Translations under genes and position numbers: made by a program
Part shown: piece by piece, positions 33,679 through 44,666 of the stretch
How the letters are laid out: each line of letters starts with the position of its first letter
Numbering within the stretch: the first letter of the stretch is position 1
From: an uncultured Gemmatimonadales bacterium
GTDB taxonomy: Bacteria; Gemmatimonadota; Gemmatimonadetes; Gemmatimonadales; GWC2-71-9
Reading direction: 5' to 3'
NCBI GenBank assembly: GCA_963821525.1
Contig: CAWGED010000005.1
Location: 1,056,001 to 1,120,000, forward strand
DNA length: 64,000 nucleotides
Notes under the pieces: model-generated
What the model was told of the DNA's origin: nothing
Database searches by the model: none
What the model saw: only the letters and a program-made list of their open reading frames with translations

Positions 33679-34279
33679 TCAGCGACTCGAGCAGGACCTC
33701 GACCGCCAGCGCTTCAGCGAGCGACATCCCGGCGCTGAGCTTTCGATCGAACAGCTCCAGCGACTCGAGGCTGGCGCGGAACAAGGCCCGGCAGGCATCG
33801 CGATTTGCGGGGTGGTCCATGCCCAGATCGTGTGCCGCCTCGAGCATTGCACCTTGCTCGACCAGCAGCCGGGCCATCAGGACGAGATCCTGACACCGCA
33901 ACTCTGCGAAGGTGACGTGCCGCTCCCCAAGCCCCGTTTCAGTCTGGGCGTGAGCGAGGTCTTCCAGGGCACAACCCTGGAGCTGGGCCAGAACGGTGAA
34001 ATGCCGGCCGTGGGCGTTGCGCACCGACATCCGCTGGCGGGCCAGGGTTTCGAAAATCGCCTCCGAGACGCTCGGATGCTCATCGGTTCCCAGCGGCGAC
34101 TGAATCCACAGGCCGGGAATCGGATCCTCCAGTTGTTCCCGCAACATCTCTCGAACCGCAAATCCGTAATCCTGGGTCATGGCTGCGTAGCGCCAGGCGG
34201 CGCCGCCCAGGGTGCCTTCGCGGCTCCACAGCTTGCGGAAGGCTTCCGTTTGATTCCGGTTTGGAGATCGTGGCAGCAT
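33641..34279 (-). CDS. hypothetical protein
   Basis: 212-aa ORF with AAGGGG upstream of the ATG, fills the gap between genes, protein-like composition. Confidence 0.6.
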   Translation of the reverse strand: MLPRSPNRNQTEAFRKLWSREGTLGGAAWRYAAMTQDYGFAVREMLREQLEDPIPGLWIQSPLGTDEHPSVSEAIFETLARQRMSVRNAHGRHFTVLAQLQGCALEDLAHAQTETGLGERHVTFAELRCQDLVLMARLLVEQGAMLEAAHDLGMDHPANRDACRALFRASLESLELFDRKLSAGMSLAEALAVEVLLESLTTGSAPSASAPF

Positions 34280-34374
34280 GCCCCTTCACAAAGCAGCATT
34301 CGTGCCGTTCGTTTACCCGCTTGCCCTGTGCCGCCAACCAATTGAAATTCAAGATCATACACCATAGCCCAGCG

Positions 34375-36042
34375 ATGGAACCTGACCCCCCGATGCCAAC
34401 CGAAGGAGGCCAGACGCAAGGGTTCCGCCTCGCTCCATGGCTGGGAATCGCACTGATTGCGATTGCGGCTTCTTCACAAGCCTCGGCAATGGCTTCGCGT
34501 ACGACGATGTCCATGCCATCCTGCGCAATGAACGAGTCCATTCCCTTGCCGCCCCGTGGGAATTCTTCACCCACACCTATTGGCCGCCCGGCAAGTACGT
34601 TGGCGGCTCCACGCTCTACCGTCCCGCTTACCACCATCGGCTTCGCCCTCCAATGGGTGCTCGGCGAGGGAGGCCCGCACCTCTTTCATTTCACCAACGT
34701 GTTGTTGTACGTCGCCTGTTGCCTCCTTGTCTTCCGGCTCATGCGGCGATTGTTGCCACTACAGATTGCCTGGCTCGCGGCAGCGCTCTTCGCGGCACAC
34801 CCTGTGCACGTCGAGGCAGTGGGCAATTGCGTCGGTCAGGGTGAACTCTGGGTGGTGCTGTTCGTGGTGCTCGCGGCGGCGCTCTTTCTCGAGGGGCGGG
34901 AGGCCGGACCGCTCTCCAATTCGTCTCGCAACAAGATCTACGGCTGCTACGCCCTCGCCTGCCTGGCCAAGGACAACGGACTGATCCTGCCGGGTCTTCT
35001 CATCTTCGCCGAGCTGACGGTGATCAAGGATCCCCGTCCTCTGGTTCGGCGGTTCAAGGCAGATGCGCCATTCTGGATCACCCTCTTCATGGTAGGAATC
35101 CTCTACCTCGTTGTCCGCACCAAAGTCACCGGTACTCTCGCAGGGGATTTCCCCCACATCGCGATCGGGGAAGCCACGGCGCGGGAGCGGGTGCTTACCG
35201 CATTGCGGATCAGTCTCGAGTGGGTGCGCCTCCTGTTATGGCCTGCCCACCTCCAGGCTGACTACTCTCCGCGGGACATCGAACGGGCCACTTCCTTCGG
35301 ATTGCAGCAGGCTGCGGGGCTTACGCTCTTATTGGGAGTCGGCGCCATCACCCTGGCCACCTGGAAGCGGCTCCCCGTCGTGGCATTTGGCCTGTGTTGG
35401 ACGGCGCTCGCGATTTTTCCGGTGAGCAATCTGGTGCTCAAGGCGGGGATTCTATTGGCGGAGCGGACCCTGTTCGTCCCCAGCGTGGGCGCGATGCTGG
35501 TGCTGGGAGGAGCGACAGAAGCGCTCACCCGTCGGCATCCCCGGGCCTGGAGAGCGGTGGCTGTGGCGGGTCTCGTGCTCATCATTCTGGGGACTTGGCG
35601 GAGCGCCCTCCGCCAACCGGTCTGGAAGGACAACGGGACGTTCTTCGCGCAGACCGTGGTGGATGCGCCGCACAATTACCGTGCTCACTGGTCTTATGGA
35701 ATGTATCTCTACGAGCATGGGGAGAGGGAAGCGGCCTTCCGAGCACTGCAGACCGCCATCACGTTATTCCCCTATGACGCCATCCTTTACAGCGACGTGG
35801 GCGACGTCTACCGGACCGACGGACACTGTGAGCAGTCGATCCCGCTGTATCAGAAGGCGCTCCTCCTGAATCCGGACCTCCGTTACACCAGATCCCGCAT
35901 GGCCTCGTGCTACATGAGGCTGGGCGATTATGGTTCGGCGCGCCTCGAACTCCGCAAGCTGGTCAACTCCGGGTATCCCGAATTTGAACCCCTGATCCAG
36001 GCGGTCGACAGCGCGGCGGCAGCCGCAGGAGCCTTCCGATGA
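34375..36042 (+). CDS. TMTC-like GT-C glycosyltransferase with C-terminal TPRs; compensating indels near the N-terminus
   Basis: GFAYDD, YRP, LFAAHPVHVEAV, LAKDNG, WPAHLQADYS, AERTLFVPS, TPR tail. Confidence 0.82.
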   Translation: MEPDPPMPTEGGQTQGFRLAPWLGIALIAIAASSQASAMASRTTMSMPSCAMNESIPLPPRGNSSPTPIGRPASTLAAPRSTVPLTTIGFALQWVLGEGGPHLFHFTNVLLYVACCLLVFRLMRRLLPLQIAWLAAALFAAHPVHVEAVGNCVGQGELWVVLFVVLAAALFLEGREAGPLSNSSRNKIYGCYALACLAKDNGLILPGLLIFAELTVIKDPRPLVRRFKADAPFWITLFMVGILYLVVRTKVTGTLAGDFPHIAIGEATARERVLTALRISLEWVRLLLWPAHLQADYSPRDIERATSFGLQQAAGLTLLLGVGAITLATWKRLPVVAFGLCWTALAIFPVSNLVLKAGILLAERTLFVPSVGAMLVLGGATEALTRRHPRAWRAVAVAGLVLIILGTWRSALRQPVWKDNGTFFAQTVVDAPHNYRAHWSYGMYLYEHGEREAAFRALQTAITLFPYDAILYSDVGDVYRTDGHCEQSIPLYQKALLLNPDLRYTRSRMASCYMRLGDYGSARLELRKLVNSGYPEFEPLIQAVDSAAAAAGAFR

Positions 36043-36781
36043 CCCTGCAGGAGACCCGGCCGTTGCTCACCGTCGTTATCCCGGTATATAACGAAGCGGA
36101 TACGGTGGAGCGGCTGGTCGAGCGGGTGAAGGCAGTGCCGGTGGACAAGGAAATAATCCTGGTGGATGACTACTCCACCGACGGAACCGGCGCGAAGCTG
36201 ATGCCAATGGCGCGACGGCGACCGGATCCGGGTGCTGACCCATCCGAAGAATCGCGGAAAAGGTGCCGCGCTGCGGACCGGGTTTCAGGCCGCTCGCGGC
36301 GATCTCGTCATAGTGCAGGACGCCGACCTCGAGTACGACCCGGAGGAGTACCCCAAACTCATCAGGCCCATCCTCGATGGCCGGGCCGATGTGGTTTACG
36401 GCTCCCGGTTCGCTGGCGGCGAATCGCATCGGGTGCTGTACTTCTGGCACTACACCATGAACCGGTTTCTCACCTGGCTGTCGAACTGCTTTAGCAATCT
36501 CGTCCTGACCGACATGGAGACCTGTTACAAGGTCTTCCGCCGGGAAATTCTGCAGCAGATCACGCTGGTGGAGGACCGCTTTGGCTTCGAGCCTGAGGTA
36601 ACGGCCAAGGTTGCCGCACTCGCGGTGCCGAGTCTACGAGGTGTCCATCAGCTACGAAGGGCGCTCCTACGATGCGGGCAAGAAGATCGGCTGGAAGGAC
36701 GGCGTGCGGACCATCTGGTGTATCCTGAAGTTCAATATCTGGGCGCGGCAACGCCCCGTCCTGGTACCGGAGTCTCGCTGA
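36039..36781 (+). CDS. GT2 glycosyltransferase (polyprenol-phosphate sugar synthase-like); indels
   Basis: [51 protein letters not shown] at 36779-81 overlaps the next ATG. Confidence 0.9.
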
Positions 36782-38031
36782 TGCATAGCACCACCTCCCT
36801 CTCGCCCAAACCGGTCGCTTCAGTCGAGGCCATCCGGGCTCGTTTTCCTGCGCTGCAGCGCGAACAGCGCCATGAGCCGGTCGCCTACTTCGATGGCCCG
36901 GGAGGGACTCAGGTGCCCCGAGATGTGGTCGAGGCGATGTCCGACTACCTCTACAACCACAACGCCAACACCCACTGGGCCTACCCCACCAGCCAGGAAA
37001 CCGATCTCGCCATCGCGCGCTCTCGAATTGCGCTGGCCGATTTTCTCGTCGCGCAGCCGGTTGAGATCGCCTTCGGCGCCAACATGACGACCCTCACCTT
37101 CCACCTCGCTCGCGCGCTCGGCAGCAAGTGGGGACCCGGTGACGAGATCGTCATTACCGAGCTCGATCATCACGCGAACCAGGCCCCCTGGACTCGGCTC
37201 GCCGCCGAACGTGGAGTGACTGTAAGGGTGGTCCCCCTCGAGCCCGAGAGCGGGCAGCTGGACTGGAAGGCGTTCGAGGAGACGCTCAATTCCCGCACCC
37301 GACTCGTGGCAATTGGCGGAGCATCGAATGCGCTCGGCACCATCAACGATATTCCGCAGGCCTCCCGTCTCGCTCACGCAGCCGGCGCCCTGATTTTCGT
37401 GGATGCCGTTCATCTGGCGGCGCACGCCCGCCTCGACGTCTCTGAGCTCGACTGTGATTTCCTGGCCTGTTCGGCCTACAAGTTCTACGGGCCTCACATC
37501 GGGATTCTGTACGGTCGCCACGAGCTGCTTCAGGAGCTCGACGTGCCAAAACTCGCTCCCGCCCCCAACGAGCCGCCGGAGCGGATGGAAACCGGCACTC
37601 AGAATCACGAAGGCATCGTCGGGGCCGGAGCGGCAGTTGAGTTTCTCGCCTCGCTCGCGGCCGGCAAACGACGGGGCGACCGGCTCGATGCGTCCTTCCG
37701 TGAGCTACACGCCCGTGGGCAGACTCTGGTGGAACAACTCTGGGAAGGGCTGCATCGGATCTCTGGAGTGCGGGTCTACGGTCCTTCTCCGGAACGCAAC
37801 CGCACCCCGACCGTGTCGTTTACTGTCGCAGGAAAATCGTCCGAAGACGTGGCGACGACGCTGGCGGCGAAGGGGATCTTTGTTTCGCACGGGGACTTCT
37901 ACGCCACTACCGTCGTCGCGCGACTCGGCCAGGAGAATGACGGTCTGGTCCGCGCTGGGTGCGCCTGCTACACGACGGAAGATGAGGTATCGCGTCTCGT
38001 AGCGGCGGTGCGGGAGATCGCGCGCAGCTGA
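36781..38031 (+). CDS. cysteine desulfurase-like protein (class V aminotransferase)
   Basis: [37 protein letters not shown]. Confidence 0.9.
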   Translation: MHSTTSLSPKPVASVEAIRARFPALQREQRHEPVAYFDGPGGTQVPRDVVEAMSDYLYNHNANTHWAYPTSQETDLAIARSRIALADFLVAQPVEIAFGANMTTLTFHLARALGSKWGPGDEIVITELDHHANQAPWTRLAAERGVTVRVVPLEPESGQLDWKAFEETLNSRTRLVAIGGASNALGTINDIPQASRLAHAAGALIFVDAVHLAAHARLDVSELDCDFLACSAYKFYGPHIGILYGRHELLQELDVPKLAPAPNEPPERMETGTQNHEGIVGAGAAVEFLASLAAGKRRGDRLDASFRELHARGQTLVEQLWEGLHRISGVRVYGPSPERNRTPTVSFTVAGKSSEDVATTLAAKGIFVSHGDFYATTVVARLGQENDGLVRAGCACYTTEDEVSRLVAAVREIARS

Positions 38032-38608
38032 GAGTAGTCGACCTTCACGGCCGAGCCGGGCGGTTCCGTTGCCTTCTCGCTCTTGGCAACGGGCCAATCT
38101 TGGGAATCGAGCGAAGCCTCGTCCTGGTTCTGCCACGCCTCGCGGGGGACCCGAGTCCAGGTGTCCTTGTGCGTCAGTGCTCCGATCGCAGCCCCAACTC
38201 CTCCACGCCGCCGCGCCAACGATCACGAGCTCCCGAAGCATATTCTCCCGCCGAGCAACAGGTGCGAAGCACGGGTCATTGTCAACGCCGGCGACCGCGG
38301 CAAGGCCCAGAAGCGCGCCCGTGGTCCCGCCGATCGCGGCGCCCGGTACCGCGCCTCGACTTGTGAGCAGTCCGGACCTCAACCTTACTGATCCAACCGA
38401 GGGGTACTCTCCGGGTTTGACCGTCGGAGGGCCGGATCACAAGGGCTGAACTGTCTCGCCCCATGAACTCTCCAGTGAAGCGGAATCCTTTCGCCCCCGA
38501 GACCCGAATGATTTGTCCGGGTCGGAGAGCTACCGAGGAGTCCTGGGCCGCGACTTGGCTCCCTGACAGGAGCGCTACAGCAAGACCCAGCATGATTGAG
38601 GTCCGCAT
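37968..38608 (-). CDS. hypothetical secreted protein with glycine-zipper segments; several indels, 3' end uncertain
   Basis: signal peptide, [34 protein letters not shown] fragments in different frames. Confidence 0.55.
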
Positions 38609-38719
38609 CGATCCCGTCCCTTGGGAGTTGAGTTTCCGCGGCATAGCGCAGCGGTCATCCGAACCGGGATCAATTGTGGGGGCGTGGCATCAAGACCGCG
38701 TCAAGCCGGTTCCAAATCG

Positions 38720-38748
38720 TTGACAGGCGTGCCTTGCAACCACATCCT
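38720..38748 (+). promoter_or_regulatory. putative sigma70 promoter of hutU
   Basis: TTGACA-17 nt-CATCCT about 50 nt upstream of the ATG. Confidence 0.4.
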
Positions 38749-38799
38749 ACCCTCCCTGTGTGTCTGCGACTCGCCGCAGCCACCGCTAAGTTTCGACCG

Positions 38800-40471
38800 A
38801 TGACACCCGTTACTTCCCCCGCGACCGATTCGAGCTCCAACCGGGAATTCCTTGAGCTGCAAAGGCTGGCATCAGGAAGCCGCCTTGCGGATGCTCATGA
38901 ACAACCTCGATCCGGCGGTAGCCGAGCGGCCGGATGAACTCATCGTCTATGGCGGGAGCGGGAAGGCGGCGCGGAACTGGGAGTGCTATGAGAAGATCGT
39001 CTCGACTCTCAGAAGGCTGGAGAATGACGAGACCTTGCTGGTTCAAAGCGGCAAGCCGGTAGGCGTCTTCAAGACCCACGAGGAGGCACCTCGGGTCCTC
39101 ATCGCCAATGCCCACCTGGTCCCTCGCTGGGCGACATGGGAAGAGTTCCGCCGACTGGAGGCATTGGGGCTCACGATGTACGGCCAGATGACGGCCGGTT
39201 CGTGGATCTACATTGGCACCCAGGGAATTCTGCAGGGCACCTACGAAACCTTCGCCGAATGCGCTCGCCAGCACTTCGGAGGCACTCTCGCCGGCCGCTT
39301 GGTCGTGACCGCGGGACTGGGAGGGATGGGAGGCGCCCAGCCTTTGGCAGCCACCATGAATGGTGCCGCCTTTCTGGGCGTAGACGTGGACGCCTGGCGA
39401 ATCCAGCGACGGGTGGATACCGGCTATTGCGACCTGATGACTACCAGTCTCGACGAGGCGTTGCGACTGGTCGAGGCCGCGAGACAAAAGCGCGAGGCGT
39501 TGTCAGTCGGGTTGGTAGGGAATATTGCCGAGGTGCTACCCGAGCTGGTCCGGCGCGGTATCGGTCCGGACGTAGTAACGGATCAGACCTCGGCTCATGA
39601 CCTCCGTCTCGGCTACATCCCGGCCGGACTCTCGCTCGAAGCGGCGGCGGTCGAGCGCGAGCGGGACGCTGACGGCTACGAAGCCCGGGTGCTGGATTCG
39701 ATGGTGGTCCACGTGAAGGCCATGCTCGAGTTGCAGTCCCGAGGCGCAGTCACCTTCGACTACGGCAACAACCTGCGCGGCCAGGTCGCCGACCGGCGGG
39801 GTCTCAAGCAGGCGTTCGACATTCCCGGCTTTGTTCCCGAATTCATTCGCCCTCTGTTCTGTCGCGGCGCGGGACCGTTTCGCTGGGCAGCCCTATCGGG
39901 GGATCCGGCCGATATCGCAATCACCGATGACGCGGTGCTCGAGACCTTTCCCGAAAAGGCTGACCTGGCTCGATGGATCAAACAGGCCAGAGAGAAGGTC
40001 CACTTCCAGGGGCTTCCCGCGCGGATCTGCTGGCTCGAGTACGGTGAACGAGCGGAAATGGGCCTCCGCTTCAACTGGCTGGTGAAGAAGGGGAAGGTGA
40101 AGGCGCCGCTGGTGATTGGAAGGGACCACCTCGACACTGGTTCCGTGGCCTCACCCAACCGGGAAACCGAGGCCATGCGGGACGGGAGCGACGCGATCGC
40201 GGATTGGCCGTTGCTTAACGCCATGCTCAATACCGCGTGTGGCGCGAGTTGGGTCTCCCTCCATCATGGTGGCGGCGTCGGAATCGGATACTCGATCCAT
40301 GCCGGCATGGTCGCAGTCGCCGATGGTACGGAGATGGGAGATCGCCGCCTGGCACGAGTGCTCACCGCCGATCCGGGGACCGGAGTCATGCGTCACGCGG
40401 ATGCAGGCTACGAGGTCGCGATCGAGACCGCCCGGGAACGCGGCGTGGATCTTCCGATGTTCGGATCGTGA
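38800..40471 (+). CDS. hutU: urocanate hydratase; indel in first codons
   Basis: [49 protein letters not shown]. Confidence 0.97.
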
Positions 40472-40478
40472 CCCGACC

Positions 40479-40571
40479 CACAAAAGAAACACAGAGAAAC
40501 GGAGAACACAGAGGGGGCGGAGCATGTCGATGGCCCCTCTGTGCCCTCTGTGTCTCAGTGTTTATTCGGTG
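40479..40571. repeat. nonamer array CACAGAGAA-type with inverted arm, intergenic hairpin
   Basis: perfect stem CACAGAGGGG (40507-16)/CCCCTCTGTG (40534-43) with further degenerate units on both sides. Confidence 0.85.
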
Positions 40572-40575
40572 ATCC

Positions 40576-41804
40576 GTGCCAGTACTACGATCCATCGGGT
40601 CGCTGGCGACCTGTCGAAACGAGGGGGCCAGTCGGATATCCATCCCATCCAGAACGCCGCTCTGGTCTGGGAAGGTGGAACCCTGCTGTGGGTCGGACCG
40701 GAAAAGGCGTTGCCTGCCGAGTACGCCGCCTGGGAGAGCTGGGACGCTGATGGTGCCCTGGTCATTCCCGGTCTGATCGACTGCCATACCCACCTCGCCT
40801 TCGGCGGCTGGCGGGCCGAGGAGTTCGAGCAACGAATCCAGGGGAGCAGTTACCTCGATATCGCGCGCAGGGGCGGCGGCATCATGTCCACCGTTGCCCA
40901 GACCCGCACGATGTCCGAGGACGCATTGCTCGATCGGGCTCGCGGCTTCCTCGAAAGGATGATGGCGCTGGGCGTCACCACGGTCGAATGCAAGAGCGGT
41001 TATGGCCTCGACGTCGAGACCGAACTCCGGCTGCTCCGGGTCTATCACCGGTTGGGCCAGGAAGGAGCCGCCCGTATCATCCCGACCTTCCTCGGCGCCC
41101 ACGTCGTTCCCCCGGAATTCCGCGATCAACGAGAGGATTACATCAAGCTTCTGATCGAGCGAGCTGATTCCGCTCATCACGGGGCAGGGCTTGGCGCGGT
41201 TCTGCGACGCCTTCGTCGAAGAGACTGCCTTCACCGTACTCGGAGGCTCGACGCATTCTTTCGGCCGGGAAAGCGGCGGGGCTGGGAGCCAAGCTCCATG
41301 CCGACCAGCTCAGTTCGAGCGGGGGTGCCGAGCTCGCAGCCGAATTGGGAGCGGTGTCGGCGGATCATCTCGAGTGTGTATCGCAGGCCGGCATTGCCGC
41401 GATGGCAAAGTCCGGATCCGTTGCGGTGAGCCTGCCGCTTGCGTCGCTCTACCTCAACCATGTCCCCTTACCGGCCCGCCGTCTGATCGAGGCAGGAGTG
41501 CCGGTCGCCGTCGCTACAGATTTCAATCCGGGGTCGGCGCCCAGCTACCACCTGCCGCTGGCACTCAGCCTCGCCTGTACCATGCAGCGGATGACGCCCG
41601 GCTGAAGCGTTGAAAGGGGCGACGATCATCGCCGCCCGCGCGCTCGCGATTGATGGGGTGACAGGCTCGCTCGAAGCGGGCAAGTCAGCGGACTTCGCCG
41701 TGATCGATGCGGGGAGCGTCAATGACTGGTGCTACCACTTCACGCCTAACGCGTGTCGGCGGGTGGTGGCGCGGGGCAGGGAGGTCGGAGCAGGGAGTCG
41801 ATAG
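40576..41804 (+). CDS. hutI: imidazolonepropionase; several indels
   Basis: PGLIDCHTHL, GGGIMSTV, ECKSGYGL, SADHL, ATDFNPGS. Confidence 0.95.
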
Positions 41805-41834
41805 TCGGGAGTCGAGAGTTCAAAATCGTTGGTC
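41793..41834. repeat. G-rich heptamer array (gggagtc-type) overlapping the hutI stop
   Basis: gggagtc gatagtc gggagtc gagagtt caaaatc gttggtc. Confidence 0.7.
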
Positions 41835-41873
41835 GTAGGCAAACTTGAAGTCGCCCAGGGCACGAAACCCGGA

Positions 41874-42827
41874 TCAGTTCTCCGGCACTACTTTCCAGGT
41901 CGAGTCTGGATTGTATCGCTCCATCGCCTTGAACGCCTCCGGCGTATCGTCCCCGAAGTCCTTCTCGTATACGATCCCGTCGTGGCTCACGATGAAGATC
42001 TGGATCCCGGTTACCCCGTAGTCCGCCGGCGAAGCCACGAGGGCGAAACCCCCGATCATCGCACCCTCCACCACGAAGTCCAGCTCGCCCAGCGGCGCCG
42101 CCGGGCCCTGGCCCTTCAGGACCTTGAAATAGTAGCCGTGGAAGGGCTGCGTCTTGGTGCTGTAGCCGTCGGCCACCGCCTCCGCGATCCCCTCGCTCAC
42201 CGGACCTTCCCATTTTCCGGCTTTGGTGCGCCAGGCCAGTCCGTCCTGCTTCCCGGGGCTGCTGATGATTCGCTGGGCGTACTGGTTTACATAGGCACCG
42301 TCGTGCTTCACTGACGCGTATTGTTTCTGGGCCTCGACGTAGCCCCGGCAGATTTGGATCGCGTCGAGCTCGTTGCGGCCTACCCGGCGGCGCAGGATCT
42401 CGTCAACGCCTGCGGCCGCATCGAACCGCCATTGGTCCCCGTCCGCCACGATCGGCATCGGGAGCGGCCAGTGGTCGGGGCCCACGTCGACCGTTACGGA
42501 CTTTCCGGTGGAGTCGCGCTCCAGCTTCATCTGGGTCCGCGCCTCCTTGGCCCAATCCATGGCGTTCTTGCGATCGAGGACGGTGTCCTTGCTGGCGATG
42601 ATATCCTCGGCCTCCGACCCCAGGATCTCCCGCAGCACCGGCACGTTGAACTGCTCCGCCGCCGCTACGAGCGCCTCGGCGGCTGCCTCGGGCGTCGGGA
42701 ACGCCTTTCCGGGAACGATGGGTCGCTCTGCGTTCTCCTTCCCCCCGCAGGCTGCGATTCCGAGTGTGACGACCGTGAGTGCGGCGGTGAAGCCGAGACG
42801 GGACGGGACGATGCGCAGCATGCTCAT
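41874..42827 (-). CDS. DUF2950 family lipoprotein
   Basis: FPTPEAAAEAL, WPLPMPIV, RRVGRNEL, PFHGYYFKVL.GQG, GGFALVA.PA.YG.TG. Confidence 0.88.
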   Translation of the reverse strand: MSMLRIVPSRLGFTAALTVVTLGIAACGGKENAERPIVPGKAFPTPEAAAEALVAAAEQFNVPVLREILGSEAEDIIASKDTVLDRKNAMDWAKEARTQMKLERDSTGKSVTVDVGPDHWPLPMPIVADGDQWRFDAAAGVDEILRRRVGRNELDAIQICRGYVEAQKQYASVKHDGAYVNQYAQRIISSPGKQDGLAWRTKAGKWEGPVSEGIAEAVADGYSTKTQPFHGYYFKVLKGQGPAAPLGELDFVVEGAMIGGFALVASPADYGVTGIQIFIVSHDGIVYEKDFGDDTPEAFKAMERYNPDSTWKVVPEN

Positions 42828-42859
42828 GACCTGGACCGTGAATGGATGACGCATGGACA

Positions 42860-44320
42860 CTACCGCCGACGCCCGCCGCCGCCACCGCGGGACATACCAC
42901 CCCTCGACCCGCCAAAGCTGGATGCGCCGCGCGAGCTGCTGGAACGGGCACTGCTGCCGCTCCACCCACTCGACCCCCCGCCGAAGCCGCCCGAGCCGGA
43001 GCCGCCTCCGACGCTTCGATTGCCGATAGACTCGCCGCCGCCGCTACGGCCACCCGCACCACCCGCCGAGCGGTCGCTGACTCCCGCACCACCCGCACCA
43101 CCGCTCCGGCCACTCGCCGAGCGGTCACTCGTGCCGGCCGACGGCCGGTTAGAGCCACCTGCACCACCGGCGCCGTTTCGGCCACCCGCACCCCCGGCCC
43201 CGCGGTCACTCGTCCCGGCGGACGGCCGGCTGGAGCCGCCGAACTTGTCGGCTGTGCGCTTGTCACCGTACGGAGCGCCGCCGCGATGCGAAGGGTTGTG
43301 CGACCACGCGCTGCCCCCGCCTTTCGGTTGGGCGCCGCCAGGGCGACCAGCTCCACCGGGGCCACCAACTCCCCCAACACCGCCAACGCCGCCTGCACCG
43401 CCAACGCCACCGGCTCCGCCGACTCCGCCAACGCCACCGACACCACCAACGCCGCCGACACCGCCAACGCCGCCGACACCGCCAACGCCGCCGACGAAGT
43501 TGTTGCTATTGTTGATGTAGACGTTGCCTCCGCCGCCCCAGCCCGCATAACAACACGACCCGCCCCACATCGCAGCCCCCATCATGAACCCGACGCTGAA
43601 CGACACGAACGCGGTCCCCGGGTAGTAGGGCGGGTAGTAGATCGGCGGGTACGGATAGACCGGCGGGGGATAGACGTATGTCGGGTTGTATGTCGGAACG
43701 TAGATCACCTCGGGGTCGGCGGACTGGACGACGATCACGGTTTTGTTCTCAACGACCTGAGTATCAACCTTCTGCTTGTCGTTCGACTCCAGTGCACCCT
43801 TGGCCTTCGCCTGCTTCCGCATCTCCTGGACGGCGTCCATGACCTCTTTCTGCTGGGAGAGAAAGGCGTTCCCCATCTCGGTCGTCCACTGGATGTCGTC
43901 GGCGAGCCGCTTGACCACCTCGGGCACCGCTGCCATCGACTGGATGCTTGGATCCCAAGGCATCTTCTTCACCGAGTCGGCAAGCGCCTGGTCCTTGAGC
44001 TTGGGGTTCTTCGCCAGCCACTGCTGCAGCTGCACGATCTCGAGCGGATATGTTGACGCTACCAATGTCTGGGCCAGCAAATCGTCGGGGTACAGCGCGA
44101 TCGGCGCCACCATCGATTGGAGCTGCTGGGCGGTCAGCGGCTTCGAAGTGGTATCCGCCGCTGCGGTCGTGTCCGGGGGGTTCGCCGGGGGTACCGTGGC
44201 TTGCTGCGCCGTCGCGCTGCCTAAGGAGAGCGCGAACACCGCAAAGAGGGCGGGGATGCCCCTGGCAACCAGGGGCTGCAGTCGTCTGCGGACGGGATAA
44301 AGTCGGGGCATTGAAGTCAT
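42860..44320 (-). CDS. DUF3300 family protein with Gly-rich tail
   Basis: VAPIALYPDDLLAQ.L.ASTYPLEIV, WDPSIQS, YVPTYNP; WSHNPSHR; canonical partner of DUF2950. Confidence 0.9.
   Translation of the reverse strand: MTSMPRLYPVRRRLQPLVARGIPALFAVFALSLGSATAQQATVPPANPPDTTAAADTTSKPLTAQQLQSMVAPIALYPDDLLAQTLVASTYPLEIVQLQQWLAKNPKLKDQALADSVKKMPWDPSIQSMAAVPEVVKRLADDIQWTTEMGNAFLSQQKEVMDAVQEMRKQAKAKGALESNDKQKVDTQVVENKTVIVVQSADPEVIYVPTYNPTYVYPPPVYPYPPIYYPPYYPGTAFVSFSVGFMMGAAMWGGSCCYAGWGGGGNVYINNSNNFVGGVGGVGGVGGVGGVGGVGGVGGVGGAGGVGGAGGVGGVGGVGGPGGAGRPGGAQPKGGGSAWSHNPSHRGGAPYGDKRTADKFGGSSRPSAGTSDRGAGGAGGRNGAGGAGGSNRPSAGTSDRSASGRSGGAGGAGVSDRSAGGAGGRSGGGESIGNRSVGGGSGSGGFGGGSSGWSGSSARSSSSRGASSFGGSRGGMSRGGGGGRRR
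43364..43496 (-). repeat. coding (GGV/GGA)n tripeptide repeat, about 14 units
   Basis: 9-nt period ccaacgccg/ccgacaccg on the + strand. Confidence 0.9.
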
Positions 44321-44621
44321 GGCTCCCGTGGAAGAGGGGAGCGCGTCCTGGTCCCGCGAGGGGGGTCGGCTCACCGCGTCGAATCCTTGCTGCAAGCTCT
44401 TAGAGAGGCATGGTACCGTAGGATATGATACATCCGCAATGGTCCCCGAGGGTAGTTGGCTATAACCGCTCCACATCGGCGCGGCAATAACCGCGGCGCA
44501 CGATGTAACGCCGGCGACCTCCTCGGCCTCCGGCAGAAGCCGATTTGGTTACTTGGGCGGTTCGAGGCGATCTTTTTCTACTGGCGGCGAGGCCGGCCAC
44601 GCCGATGACGGGGCGCAGCGT

Positions 44622-44665
44622 CGGAGTCGGTCGTGAGTTGTGGGTCTCGCTTTCAATCCTCAATC
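44622..44665. repeat. short heptamer remnants of two types (gtgagtt/gtgggtc; ttcaatc/ctcaatc) abutting the ftcD stop
   Basis: read from the sequence; units match the arrays at 41793 and 46428. Confidence 0.5.
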
Positions 44666-44666
44666 T

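Noticed and set aside
36232..38031. Apparent GT2-cysteine desulfurase fusion
   Set aside because: The GT2 C-terminus (GKKIGWKDG) is in another frame and ends at TGA 36779-81; indel artefact
41590..41615. TGA in hutI as selenocysteine
   Set aside because: The downstream protein continues in a different frame (TPAEAL after removing one G); I identified no Sec-type in-frame TGA in the window
44321..44620. 300-nt intergenic region as riboswitch or sRNA
   Set aside because: No recognisable aptamer motif by eye; needs an Rfam/Infernal scan
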